The translations under genes were made by a program, and so were the position numbers. The notes beneath the pieces were generated by a model. It had not been told where the DNA came from. It worked only from the letters and a program-made list of their open reading frames with translations, and did no database searches. This document shows positions 12,694 through 25,662 of a stretch of 64,000 nt of DNA, one piece after another (position 1 is the stretch's first letter; the number at the start of each line of letters is the position of its first letter). Source of the DNA: Octopus vulgaris (Eukaryota). The stretch covers positions 49,662,001 to 49,726,000 of the forward strand of contig OX597830.1 in NCBI GenBank assembly GCA_951406725.2. Reading direction: 5' to 3'.

Positions 12694-13077
12694 TTTTACC
12701 TGTTTCAGTCAATTGATTGTAGCCATGCTGGAGTACTGCCTTTTATTCGAAGAAATCAACCCCTGGACTTATTCTTTGTAAGACTGGTGCCTATGCTATC
12801 GGTCTTTTATGCCGAACCACTAAGTTACAGGGACGTAAACACACCGACATCTGTTGTTAAGCGATGGGGAGGGGGACAAACACAGACACATAAATATATA
12901 TATACATATATACGACGGTCTTCTTTTCAGTTTCCGCCTACCAAATCCACTCACAAGGTTTTGGTCGGGTCGAGGCTATAGCAGAAGACACTTGTCCAAG
13001 GGACCATGCAGCGGGACTGAACCCAGAACCATGTGTTTGGGAAGCAAGCTTCTTATCACACAACCACGCCTGCGCCT
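12694..13077 (-). mobile_element. SINE family A, full length
   Basis: Reverse complement of the 32168 copy, ending ...CCACGCCTGCGCCT. Confidence 0.9.
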
Positions 13078-13947
13078 TATATGTAATATCTTATATATAA
13101 TCCCCCAAATTTGGGGTTTTGCGAAGAAACAAATAATGTAAACATTCTTTTACTTTTTTGACAATGTAAAATCATTTTTTTATCTTTATATAAATTACAA
13201 AACATTATCACATACTTGATTCCTTCGGCGCCTAACATATTTGGCTTCTTAAATAATATTTTAAATGGAAAATGTCACTAAGAAACAGATAAAGTCAGAC
13301 TTAGCTTGCGGTACTGAACATTTTTATTTTGATAAGCTGCACAAAAATGTTGGTAACCATGTTTGCAGTGACTTTTTAAACATTTCGGCCAATAGGTTTC
13401 GACAAGCAACGAGACAGGATCAATGAATAAAAGTTGCAATAAAGCAGAAATAAAAAAAAGCAAAAAGCAAAAGAAGATATTTCATCTTGTTTAAACTTAA
13501 GACAGAAACATGTCTTGACTGACAACTGACTACATATTAACAGGCCATTCACTCTTGAGATGTTTTACAGCAAGTGTGTACGGCTAGCGACTAATCAATT
13601 TGCCGATTAATGTACTGCGACTTATGTATGTGATTTATAATAACTTGTACATGCATAAAGATCCTCCAGTATACTCTTAAGAACATTAACATCATAGGAC
13701 ACCACGTCAGCAGAATCAGCGTTAGAATCAGAGTAGGATTCCTCACTCAATGCTGACGACATACTGCACGATGGCCACGATAACGACAAAGCACCTCGTA
13801 TAGACGGGACACTACTACTACTGATACTGTTGTGCTATTTAGTACAAAGCGTCTGTTTGAGACGCTATCTCGGGACGAACTCCGCAGTATTGTGAATTTC
13901 TTACAACATGTCTACGTTGAGTGAGATATGAAGAACACACACACACA

Positions 13948-14006
<59 letters not shown>

Positions 14007-14009
<3 letters not shown>

Positions 14010-14110
14010 ATATAGAAGGAGCTTCTACAGGACTAGAACTGTTTCATTCAAGAGAAATCTTCAGGAAGAATGAAACAGTTCTAGTCCTGTAGAAGCTCCT
14101 TCTATATAAT
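14007..14110. repeat. Perfect 43-bp inverted repeat with 18-nt loop (fold-back PLE-type terminal repeat)
   Basis: 14007-14049 is the exact reverse complement of 14068-14110. The loop and left arm on the minus strand read CTGAAGA-TTTC-TCTT-GAAT-GAAACAGTT. Confidence 0.95.
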
Positions 14111-14180
14111 AAATTAATTTTACTCTGCTATGTATTGAGTACCTTATTTACTGTGGTTAACCCCGAATCAACCCGGGACC

Positions 14181-14257
<77 letters not shown>

Positions 14258-14330
14258 GTAATATGCGACAAGTTTCCGAGTTAGATGAAGAGTAAATGGT
14301 ACTATAACCCGCCCACACAAACATATATAC

Positions 14331-14403
14331 TTCGTTTTTGTATCTGGTTTGCAAGATTCTTGATGTTAATTTGGGTGTTGAAGCAATTTTGTTGCGTCAT
14401 TTT
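14331..14403 (+). mobile_element. Fragment of the terminal repeat found at 18574-18895 and 60190-60275
   Basis: TTCGTTTTTGTATCTGGTTTGCAAGATTCTT...GTGTTGAAGCA is the reverse complement of 18840-18895. Confidence 0.75.
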
Positions 14404-14648
14404 AGGATTTTAGTCATTTTCCGAATGGCAATACGAGACCTTCTCACAGTTTCCCTGCGGACATACAAAAAAACCATATTTTCTATTAATAGTTGTCATA
14501 CAATTTAAACTTAACATCGTACTGTATAAATAATGTATATTATATCCACACCTATGTATGTATGTCTGTATGTATGTAAATATGTATGTATGCATGCCTG
14601 TATATATGTATGTATGTATACATGTATGTTTGTATGTATGTATGTATA

Positions 14649-14735
<87 letters not shown>

Positions 14736-14935
14736 CTACACACACACATGCACACACGCACACAAACACACACAACACATATATTTGAGTATATATATAC
14801 ATATCTGAATGCTTACATAGGCATAGACACAGTCATATTTATATACATATAGACATAGTTATAACTACACTTACATATATCTGGATACATCGATATATAT
14901 GTACGTGTATATATGTCAGCGCGTGTCTGTGTATG

Positions 14936-14991
<56 letters not shown>

Positions 14992-15324
14992 TATATTTCG
15001 TTGTATGGAGTGGAGGTCAGGTTTACAGTGTTTAGACATGTGTAAGTATGTATGGTACAATTATAAGTCTATATAACTATATAAGTTTATTGAATATCAT
15101 CTTTAATTGAATTTTTCTACTCGATACATAATATTCCATTTTCAAGTAGAGGCCCAGTTTAAAATATTTCATACTCGTCATAAATTGTCTTGGATTAACT
15201 GCCATCTTCATTTTTATTATTACTGCTGTTGTTAATATTGTTGCTGCTCTTGTTGTTGCTGGTGTTGTCATGATCTATCTATTGATTACAACATATTTCG
15301 TTGCTGTTGATGGTTTTCTTTCTT

Positions 15325-15392
15325 CTTAGTGTTGTTGTTGTTGTTGTTTATTATTATTATTATTATCATTATCACTACCGTTATCATCATCA

Positions 15393-15468
<76 letters not shown>

Positions 15469-15473
15469 CATCA

Positions 15474-15526
<53 letters not shown>

Positions 15527-15554
15527 GGTAATAATATTATTATTATTATCATTA

Positions 15555-15600
<46 letters not shown>

Positions 15601-15629
15601 CATTATTATTATTATTATTATTATTATCA

Positions 15630-15702
<73 letters not shown>

Positions 15703-15735
15703 CATTATTATTGTTGTTGTTGCTGTTGTTGTTAA
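15325..15735. repeat. Long (ATT)n/(ATC)n/(GTT)n trinucleotide microsatellite
   Basis: Read directly. It produces the poly-I/N/Y/L ORFs. Confidence 0.98.
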
Positions 15736-16241
15736 TATTGTTACTGCATGAAGTATAACTGTCGCTGTCATCGTAAATATATTTCCAATCAGTTGTCTTC
15801 CATTTTAAACTCTGTAATGCACGGATCAATACAAACTTACAAATCACGAGACTATCAGCAGAGTCTGTTTCTGTTGAAGCAACGAAGCAAAATGGTGAAG
15901 TTGCCAACATTTGTATATCTGGATAATATGTTCTGCATGTTCGAATAAATCTTTGATGCCAGCCAGTCCAAGCTGGCGACAACCTTTGCAAATCATCACG
16001 ATTCGTCAATTTCGTATTCATTTCAACATTGTGTAGCGTTAATCAGATTACATATAAATCTATTCTAACCTGGATAAGACAATTGTCTATGGCATGGAGC
16101 TATTTTTGCCGGATTAAGAGAACAATTTGGACTTAGCATTGGCCGACAATGAAGCACGGTGCGGTAATTCAAGAACAGACACTCACATCCACTCGCAGAC
16201 GCGCACACATTAATGTATATGTGTGTATGTGTGTATATATG

Positions 16242-16319
<78 letters not shown>

Positions 16320-16359
16320 CATATGTATATATATACATACATACATACATATATATATC

Positions 16360-16407
<48 letters not shown>

Positions 16408-16629
16408 ATTTATATATATATTGTAGTTGCATTTTGAAGGGGAATTGCTGAAGCCATTTCGAATAAAGTGCTCAAATTATTATTATTGAGTGTGAAAATG
16501 CTTCATTGAAAACGTGAGTGCTACAAAAGTCGTCCTTTCTTTGTTAGAGTGTACGCTGGTTTCTAACATGGATATTGCTAACTAATCAGAATATAATTAC
16601 TAGCAAAAATAAAATGTATAAGGAATAAA

Positions 16630-17016
16630 GATGATGATGATGATGATGATGATGATGACGACTATGATGGTGATGGTGGTGGTGGTAATGGTGGTGGTGG
16701 TATTGGTGATTATGATGCTGATGCTGATGCTGATGCTGATGATGATGAGGATGATGATGATGATGATGATGATGAGGAGGAGGAGGATAATAAGGATGAT
16801 GATGATGATGATGATGACGACTATGATGGTGATGATGGTGGTGGTGAAGGTGGTGGTGGTGGTGGTGATTATGATGCTGATGCTGATGCTGCTGCTGATG
16901 ATAAGGAGGATGATGATGCGGAGGAGGAGGAGGAGGGGGATTATGATGATGATGACGACGAAGATGATGATGATGATGATGATGATGGGTGGTGGTGATG
17001 GTGGTGATGGTGGTTG

Positions 17017-17048
<32 letters not shown>
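16630..17048. repeat. Compound (GAT)/(GGT)/(GAG)/(GATGCT) microsatellite with a higher-order unit of about 160 bp
   Basis: The block GACGACTATGATGGTGATG...GTGATTATGATGCTGATGCTG...GAGGAGG occurs at about 16657 and about 16816. Confidence 0.9.
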
Positions 17049-18026
17049 CTATAGGGAAAATGGCAGAGTTACTGAAAAATGGATCAATAAATGGTGGAAT
17101 GTTCTAGAAACAAAAGAAAGATAGATACAAAGTTATACAAGAAATAGATAAAAATGAACATAAAACAGAAGCCAGGTATACAGGCGATGTTGATGCTGTT
17201 CGTGATGATGATGAGGAGGAGAAGGAGGAAGAAGGGAATGTTGATAAGTTATTGACCAGTTCCTTAGGGAAAATCCTGACAGCTAAGTGGACAGATCCTT
17301 AACTCACCTATTACAAACAACCATACATACACTTACTCCCTCGCCACTCCCTAACACACCCAACACTTACTGCAGACATGCATACAGACACACGCACACG
17401 CTGATATAACCAGAACACATACACATATCGCCACACATCAACATAACCACTTGCATACACACACACACATACACAAAAACACACACATACGCACACATAT
17501 AATATTATATATACATATATGCGTACAGTGGATTTACTCGAACTCATAAATACATGCATCGCTATACAACAACTTAGTAACACATACACGCACTCACCTT
17601 AATTCACTAATACCCAGTACGTACGCTCACAGACATTTGAATTCAGTCACATACTCAAAATACTATGCGAGCACATACACCCACTATTCCGTCATATACA
17701 TACACCCACTCACTCTACTGCCCTAAACAGCCATATATTCCAAGACAAATAACAGTTACGTACACTCAAAGCTCTTTCGTTTCGTTGCTATAAAGTTGTA
17801 CAGAACATGTCTATAGATCGCCTATTGTCTTTCCAGAAACACTGTTGTTATATTGAACGTAAACATTATGTCTATATACATATGCTTCTGGATAAAAAAA
17901 AAGTAGGAACAGCTGTGTATATACTGTATATTTGAACTGTTTGGATTTTCGTCACTATAAGTACCACTTCTTTAATATTTCACAAATCCACTTCTTATAA
18001 ATTCATTGATATTAGTGGCTAAAGTC

Positions 18027-18240
18027 GGGCAGCAAGTTAGCAGCATTGTTAACGCGCTGGGCAAGATGCTTAGCGGCATTTCGTCCGCTTTTACGACCTG
18101 AGTTCAAATTCCACCGAGGTCGACTTGCCCTTTCGTTCTTTCGGACTCGATAAAATAAGAAACAGTTGATTGCTGTGATCGATGGAATGAAATTAGCCCA
18201 ACCCCGAAGTTGCTGGCATTGAGCCAAAACTTGTAACTGA
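18027..18240 (+). mobile_element. SINE family B, full length, diverged
   Basis: GGCAGCAAGTTAGCAG...TGAGTTCAAATTCCACCGAGGTCGACTT, with A-box-like and B-box-like motifs. Confidence 0.85.
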
Positions 18241-18573
18241 TATTAATGGCTAAAATAAACAGGATAGACTAATTTGTATATTTAACATTTCCTTGGCAGA
18301 CAGCTGAAATATTAAGTTACTTGAGTGATAACAGTTTCGTTTCGTTGTTATAACGTATTAACATATTTAGTTTACTTTAACCACTAATATGATATTAGTG
18401 CTTTTGCATGGGGTAGTTAAGGAAGGTGCGCAGTTGTTAACGAAACGCCAGATATATACAGTTGTTCATTCATTTTTCTGTCCACTGACATACTCTGTGT
18501 GTGTGTGTATGTGTGTATTTGTGTGTATGCGTGTAACATATAGAGTTAGCAGTAATATAGAAAACATCTGTAA

Positions 18574-18895
18574 ATATTCTGTTGTGTCTTGGGAGCGTCA
18601 TTTTCTTTGTGCGCCTTATTATGTAACAGACTCACAGGTAAAATTTCCACGTTTTTCTTATTTTTATTGTCCTAACATTTTCGTTGCGTCTTGCAACATT
18701 TTTAATAGTTTTTATTTTTGCAAGACGCAACGAAAATTTTAGGAAAATAAAAATAAGAAAAATGTGGAAATTTTACCGGTGAGTGTGTTACATAATAAGG
18801 CACAAAAAGAAAATGACTCTCCCTAGACACAACAGAATATGCTTCAACACACGAACTCACATAAAGAATCTTGCAAACCAAATCCAAAAACGAAA
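18574..18895. repeat. Inverted repeat with about 123-bp arms (18574-18696 / 18718-18840) and 21-nt spacer; PLE-associated terminal repeat
   Basis: Arms are complementary at roughly 90% by eye. The same sequence abuts the PLE RT at 60190. Confidence 0.9.
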
Positions 18896-20320
18896 TGTGT
18901 AGATATGTTCTATACTACATTACAGGCATAGTGCATTCACTTTCGCGCACGCACACACACATAAACAACACGAATACACGCACGCACTCGAAAGTAACAC
19001 ATACATTCAGTTTTCAGATGCAAATACGTGCATGCGGTAAACAACACACCATATACACATAATGCATATATACCACATAACAACATTAATAACCTATTAG
19101 CGTACATCACATCGAAAAATTAAACGCATACATAATTCCAAAACAAACAACACACGATTAGGATTAAATCCTAAGTACAAACTGACACACCATAAAACCT
19201 ATAAACTTATCTTTCCTTCCGTTCTCTAACACGGAAAATCACAATTTCCTTTCACATTCGTTTCATTTTCAAGTCGGTGCTAAATTGATTCACTTCGTGG
19301 ATTCTGTTCCTTCATTTCTTTCCATGTACTTCTACTCTCTCGTTTTCTCTTGAACTTTTTTTCTTTTCTGACATACCACATATGTCTCAAAAGTGAAAAT
19401 CCTTTCTATTCTCCTAAGCCAGAACCTAATAATGCAATGCATTTAGTGACCTTATATGGTTGTTTCATGTTATCACTTCCACACATCAAACATCTATACT
19501 GACCTCCGCTCCTGCTAATTAATTTTTTATGTATGGAAATGTTGATATTGGTGTTCCTAAGCTGACTCATTCGTTTCCAATTACAAAATAAATGAAGCAT
19601 ATATTGAATAATATCGTCCTAGTCACATTGCGTTTGCCAAACAAAACTAACTGAAACAAACAAACAAACAAAGAAAAAACAACCTTGATGGCTACAGCAA
19701 CATTGAATAAGAATATAGAATCCTTTTTCATAGAGATTTTTTTCAAAGTCTGCGAACCACAATATGCTGTTTAGAGATTTATATTATTTCTTATCTTTCA
19801 AATATGGATTTTCTATACTCTAATGATTGCCTATATACAGCTAACTGTCTATATACAGATGATAGTTTCTGGAAGCAATGGCATATTAAATTAAATAGCA
19901 ACTGAGATTCGGCAAACCGATTATTTCTCTTTTGTAACGACCTCACCAGACAGTACCATACAGTCACTGTAGATCAAACATTGACAATTGGATCGTTGTC
20001 GTACACTACATATTTTTACAAGCAATAGGCATATCTGAAACATTTAACAGAGAAAACAACAAAACACTATTTTTTCAGGTAATGTAATATATATTTTAGC
20101 ACTTCATGGCGAAAATTCCTCATTGTATCATGATTACTGCTATTCAATTTTCAATACCAAATTAGATTTGAAAGATGATGATTCGGTAACCATCGATTGA
20201 TTCTTTGGCTATAATTTGGACCCGATTCTCTCCTTATCATTCAATTTATGAAATTTTGCTTCCATATCCAGTCAGCGATCATGAACTGAGTCCTTGGAGT
20301 CCTTATATCCTCATATATAT

Positions 20321-20520
20321 TTCTTTACTACCCACAAGAGGCTGAACATAGAGGGGACAAACAAGGACAGACAAAGGGATTAAGTCGATTACATCGACCC
20401 CAGTGCGTAACTGGTACTTAATTTATCGACCCCGAAAGGATGAAAGACAAAGTCGAACTCGGCGAAATACGGCTACGCATTTCGCCCGGCGTGCTAACGT
20501 TTCTGCCAGCTCGCCGCCTT
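20321..20520 (-). mobile_element. SINE family B, young copy with internal deletion
   Basis: AAGTCGAACTCGGCG joins directly to AAATACGGCTACG, so the B-box segment present in other copies is missing. Confidence 0.9.
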
Positions 20521-20679
20521 GTATAACCAGTCATCGTGTCCAACACAGACTGGGCTGTGTGAGTACGTTCATCATCGCAAACACGTGTTTACAAGCTTAG
20601 GCCCACTCAGAAAGTGCTAGCTACCATAGGGGTCAAGAAAGTGCAAAGCTTACCGAGCACTAGTACTATTCTTTTTCCT

Positions 20680-21040
20680 GTTTTCTGCTGAGATATACGC
20701 ATATCTGCTGAGATACCATTTGTGAAAGTTAAGGTCTACAATCAACATTTTTTTTGGTGAGACTACAAGTCCAGTCAGAAGGATTTGCAGCGTGAAAATA
20801 TGCCTAGTGTTGAGTCTTCCCTGGTAGAATAGCAGCAATGGTAGGTGGGACTCATGATCAGTAAGGCGGATGCAAGTAAAACCAAGACTGCGCTCTGCAA
20901 TGAGCTGAGATGCGGAATCCGTTGAAGAGGGCAACTGAAACTTTGGTATTAGGATGCCATCAAAGTACATCTCAATGAGATGGATGGCCAGGTTACGATT
21001 GCGTGAGAAAAGACTACAAACACTTGCGGATGACTGTTGT
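20680..21040 (+). mobile_element. Old RTE-clade LINE C-terminal relic
   Basis: The + frame MPSVESSLVE*QQW*VGLMISKADASKTKTALCNELRCGIR*RGQLKLWY*DAIKVHL resembles PS.E..L...QLRW.GH..RM.D.R.PK.LL..EL..G.R.RG..K.RYKD..K..L. Confidence 0.6.
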
Positions 21041-21949
21041 GTGAATGTTGTAGCGTCTATAGATAAAAAAAAAGATGCAAATAAATGGTGAAAAATAAAA
21101 ATTAGAAAAAATAAGTAAAACAAAAGAGGAAAAGCTAAAGCAATTTCTGTTACAGCGAGTCTGTAAACAATATACAACAATATCCGGGATCATGTTCTTG
21201 CCTGTGTCTTTGGATTAAATTCCCACGCGATAGCGAAGCGTCGTTGAAGTCTTTTAATTATATTTAAGAAAACCCTTCTTCTGCTGCCATGATCAAACTT
21301 GATTTCATTTGAAAGAGGATAGGATAAATATAGAAACCATTTGTGTGGCTACATCAACGAGGTATTTTAACAGCACCTATGGTGCAAAGGTCTCTGACAG
21401 TTAAATGCTGCTGCATAGAGAAGAAGAAAATGTATTTCATCGGTGTTTTACACCATGGAGATGTACAGCTTCACAAAAACGCTACATACACAGACATCCA
21501 CCAACGGATATGTTAACTCCATTATAACTCGGTCACACCTGCAATATTTTCTTTAGTTATAAAACCTGGTCTAGACAGTTCTTTAGATTAAAAGATTGTG
21601 ACTTTTGCAAAATCAAATTACTTTAAACATGACATCAATTCATTATTTCGGATGTCGATATGAATAGGAGTAAATTATTGGAAAATCTTCAGATACATTT
21701 GTTTATTTTTAACAATTTTACTGTATCTTTATTTACTAATCTAACATTTTTTTCTCTGCTTTTAATCTACTCAACGTGGAATTGTTAAATGATGTAATAA
21801 CTGAGAAATTAGTTCCCACTAGTTTATGGAATGACACACAACATACACACGCGAACGCATGCGTGCGGAGTCACACACACGAAAGCAAGCAAGCGCGTAC
21901 GCTTTTATGCTGTGCTTTAGATATACAAACGTGCTACTTAGGTTTCATT

Positions 21950-22272
21950 TAAAAGACTCCGCCGGTTACGACGACGAGGGTCCCAGCTGATACGATCAAC
22001 GGAACAGCTTGCTCGTGAAATTAACGTGCAAATGGCTGAGCATTCCACAGACACGTGTACCCTTAACGTAGTTCTCGGGGATAATCAGCGTGACACAGAG
22101 AATGACAAGGCTGACCCTTTGAAATACAAGTACAATTCATTTTTGCCAGCTGATGGACTGGAGCAACGTGAAATAAAGTGTCTTGCTCAAGGACACAACG
22201 CGTCGCCGGGAATCGAACTCACAACCTTACGATCATGAGCCGAATGCCCTAACCACTAAGCAATGCGCCCTC
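21950..22272 (-). mobile_element. tRNA-derived SINE family C with 14-bp target-site duplication
   Basis: Minus-strand head has A box (TTAGTGG) and B box (GAGTTCGATTCC), then GTTGTGTCCTTGAGCAAGACACTT. TSD ACTTAGGTTTCATT at 21936-21949 and 22273-22286. Confidence 0.95.
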
Positions 22273-22524
22273 ACTTAGGTTTCATTACCAGTTATTTATT
22301 TGCACCCCATTAGCTGCCCTCAATTACTCAGGCGCAACAAATATTATCACTTGGAAAACAAAAATATAAAAAAGACGAACAACATGAACAGTAATACGGT
22401 AAGAGGTTAGCATAGCTACACCTCGTCTAAATTTTACAGCGAGAGTGCAGTCACACACACACATACACACACACACACACACACGAATACACACATGCAC
22501 GCATACACATACGTACGTATCTAT

Positions 22525-22685
22525 GTATGTGTGCCTTTGTATTTGTTCATCACCACTTGACAACTGCGGCTGGTTTGTCTTAGTTCCAGTAAGTTAATGG
22601 TTCATCAAAAGAGATCAGCGGAATAAGTACGAGGCTTCAAAGAGTAAATACTGTGGTAGATTTGTTCGAGTAAACACTTCAAGAG
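22525..22685 (+). mobile_element. SINE family A 3' half, degenerate
   Basis: CTTGACAAC...AAAAGAGA...GAATAAGTAC...GATTTGTTCGA. Confidence 0.7.
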
Positions 22686-23334
22686 TAATACATCATAATT
22701 TCAAGTATGACACCCCCAATCTCCACCCCACTATGCCACCCATCCAACCTCGGTGGGTTTTTGGATATCGGTTATGTGCGCATTATACGCTGTATGTAAA
22801 TTATACATTAATAACATATACTCACGTTAAATGTATACTAGATTCCCTAACTACATAGATTTATATGCAGAGCACATATTCACATCACATGATTCATATG
22901 AACTATGTGTATGGTCTTATGTACTCACCGCTCCATGGACCGAATTTGGCATCAAGCATCTATGAAATCTCCAAAATAATTATACGATGTATTCTCAAAC
23001 ATAAACAAAACGCATGTTGCAAGTGTATATAAATATAAACATAACTATGGGCGTGAACGAGCTTCATCGCATAAAATAATTAAGAAATAAATTAATTATG
23101 GTGAACACAATTTCTTACCATGCAAGGGAGATAACAATTAAGGTATTTTTATATGTTACCTCTCGTGATCTGTGTACTCATTTCGAAATCCCGTTCTGCC
23201 TCCTATAACTTCGTGTATTCTCATCCAAAATGGAAACGGGTATCAAAACTTCAGTGTGGTACGCTTGGACATTTGTGAAGATCTCTTCACGTTAAACACA
23301 ATTGGTTGTATTTTTAACACACAAATAAAAAAGT

Positions 23335-23546
23335 ATATGTATGCGCGCACGTGTATCGTTGGCGATTTTTTTTCCTCCGTCTTCCCTTCCTTGGATCTTT
23401 CCTTTTTCTATGTTTCTGACGAAGAGCTCCGCTCGAAACGTTAAATCCTCCTTTTTTATTTCCTTTCCTGAGCGTCCAATAACGCTATACTTGTTCCACG
23501 TCCTCGCGTTCTTGTTTTTTCTCTTTGTATTTTCATGTTGGGATTA

Positions 23547-23550
<4 letters not shown>
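23335..23550 (+). mobile_element. PLE pseudo-LTR-type short element ending in (TA)n
   Basis: Carries the hammerhead at 23412-23446 and is homologous to 6718-6926 and 24230-24495. Confidence 0.7.
23412..23446 (+). ncRNA. Minimal type-I hammerhead ribozyme motif
   Basis: GTTT-CTGACGA-A-GAGC-tcc-GCTC-GAAA-CG-TT-AAAT. CUGANGA and GAAA are intact, with one extra A before stem II and palindromic ACGU. Confidence 0.75.
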
Positions 23551-23610
<60 letters not shown>

Positions 23611-24354
23611 TGTATGTATGTGCATTACTATTTTTTTTCATTTTTTATTATTACTAAATTTTATTTTTCATTTTCATTACTTTCCATTATTTATTTCTTA
23701 ATTTTATTATGTATTATTTGTATTATTTTTATTTTTCGTAATTTATTTAATTTTTATTTTTAGTAAATTTATTTGTATTACTTTTAGTTTTCCTAATTTT
23801 AGAATTTTTTACTATTTATTTGTATCATCTCTTATTTTTTGTATTCCTATACCACACACCACACACGCACACACCCACGCGCACACGTATGCACACACGT
23901 ATGCACACACGTATGCACACACGTACACACACACCACACATAAAACTGCGCGCGCACTCTCCCCCGTGCGTATACACACACACACGCACACATGTACACA
24001 CACATACACGCACACACAAACACACGGTCACACACACGCCCGCACACATAATATCTACACCATTGGCTACACGAACTCATCCACACACATTCTTTCTCAA
24101 CTCTCAGACTACGCACACAAAAAGAAACACACACACTGTTAATACCACACACACACACACGCACGCACCCCACACGCACACACAAACGCTAACACATACT
24201 CACGCGCGCACACGCATGCTAGCCGTTTTCGCATTCTTTTGTTCCAGAAAGCATTTTCTCGTCGTTCCTACATCCGGTCACTTCAAAAATGTTACCGCAC
24301 GTGATTGTTGGTGATTAGATTCCTCATTTGTCTTAGACTTCTCGGTTTTTTCCT

Positions 24355-24389
24355 GTTTCCGACGAAGAGCTATGCTCGAAACGTAAAGC
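24355..24389 (+). ncRNA. Minimal hammerhead-like motif (core variant CCGACGA) within a short element at about 24230-24495
   Basis: GTTT-CCGACGA-A-GAGC-tat-GCTC-GAAA-CG-TA-AAGC. Confidence 0.7.
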
Positions 24390-24498
24390 TTCTACTCTTT
24401 TCTTTCTCCGAGTCTCTTATTAATACATTGCTTTTGCCACGTCCAAACTTGTGTTTATATCTTTCTTTTTCTTTGCGTTTCTTTTATTTGACTATGCA

Positions 24499-24539
<41 letters not shown>

Positions 24540-24881
24540 ATAAGTAGATTGTGGCAATTTGAATTGGTAAATTGTTGGTAATGTATGTTCTGGAATCTCA
24601 CAGAACGAAACCCATTCCAGAAATGAGTTAATTTATTTATTATCTATAGGTTTTCGCTTCCGGTTGTATTTTATCAAGTTAAAGTTTAGCTCCTCCGGCT
24701 TGTGACATATCAGTTTAGCATATTAATGCTTTGCAGTTACGTTCTTGACCTATGTTGCATACTACATACATCCGCTGTTGCTGTTTGGCTGTGCGTCAGG
24801 ATTGACATGAGATATGAAATATTTAAGCTCTACATTCATGTGTCCTATTTTTGTTCAGACAGTATCATTTATTTTTTTATA

Positions 24882-25662
24882 TTTTACTTGTCTTAGTTAC
24901 TGTATTGCGGCCATGTTTGGACACACACCTGAAGGGTTTTAGCTAAGCGAATCTACTCCAATACTCCTTTATGTTTTAAAGCCCACTACATATTCTATCG
25001 GTCCTTTTGCTGAAACGCTAAGTTACGGTACTGCGAATTATACAAACTTGCACCGCTTTATCGGTGGTCAATTGCTGGTCGGGATAAACACACACACACG
25101 TCTTTTTATATAAACACACACACATGTCTTTTACTCTTTTACTTGTTTCAGTCATTTGACTGCGGCCATGCTGGAACACCGCCTTTAGTCGGGCAAATCG
25201 ACACCGGGACTTATTCTTTGTAAGCCTAGTACTTATTCTATCGGTCTTTTTTACCGAACCACTAAGATACGGGGACGTAAACACACCAGCATCGGTTGTC
25301 AAGCGATGTTGGGGAGACAAATACAGACACACAAACATGTACACATACATACATACATATACATATATACGACGGGTATTTTTCAGTTTCCACCTACCAA
25401 ATCCACTCACAAGGCTTTGGTCGGCCCGAGGCTATAGTAGAAGACACTTGCCCAAGGTGCCACGCAGTGGGACTGAACCTGGAACCATGTGGTTGGTAAA
25501 CAAGCTACTTACCACACAGTCACTCATTTTTTCAGCTTACCTCTACCAAATCCATTCACAAAGCTTTGATCGGCCCGAGGCTACAGCAGGAGACACTTGC
25601 ACACGGCGTCACACAGCTAAGCCAGAATGAAGTCTTTAGGAGGCAAAATTCTTACCACACTG
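24882..25662 (-). mobile_element. Young SINE A (25127-25525) nested in an older SINE A (24882-25126 plus 25526-25662)
   Basis: A degenerate tail half precedes the well-conserved copy and a degenerate head half follows it. The split falls in the internal (CA)n region. Confidence 0.85.

Noticed and set aside
13610-13920. Minus-strand peptide MSSALSEESYSDSNADSADVVSY...
   Set aside because: Only about 46 codons, with no homology I recognise and no clear splice signals.
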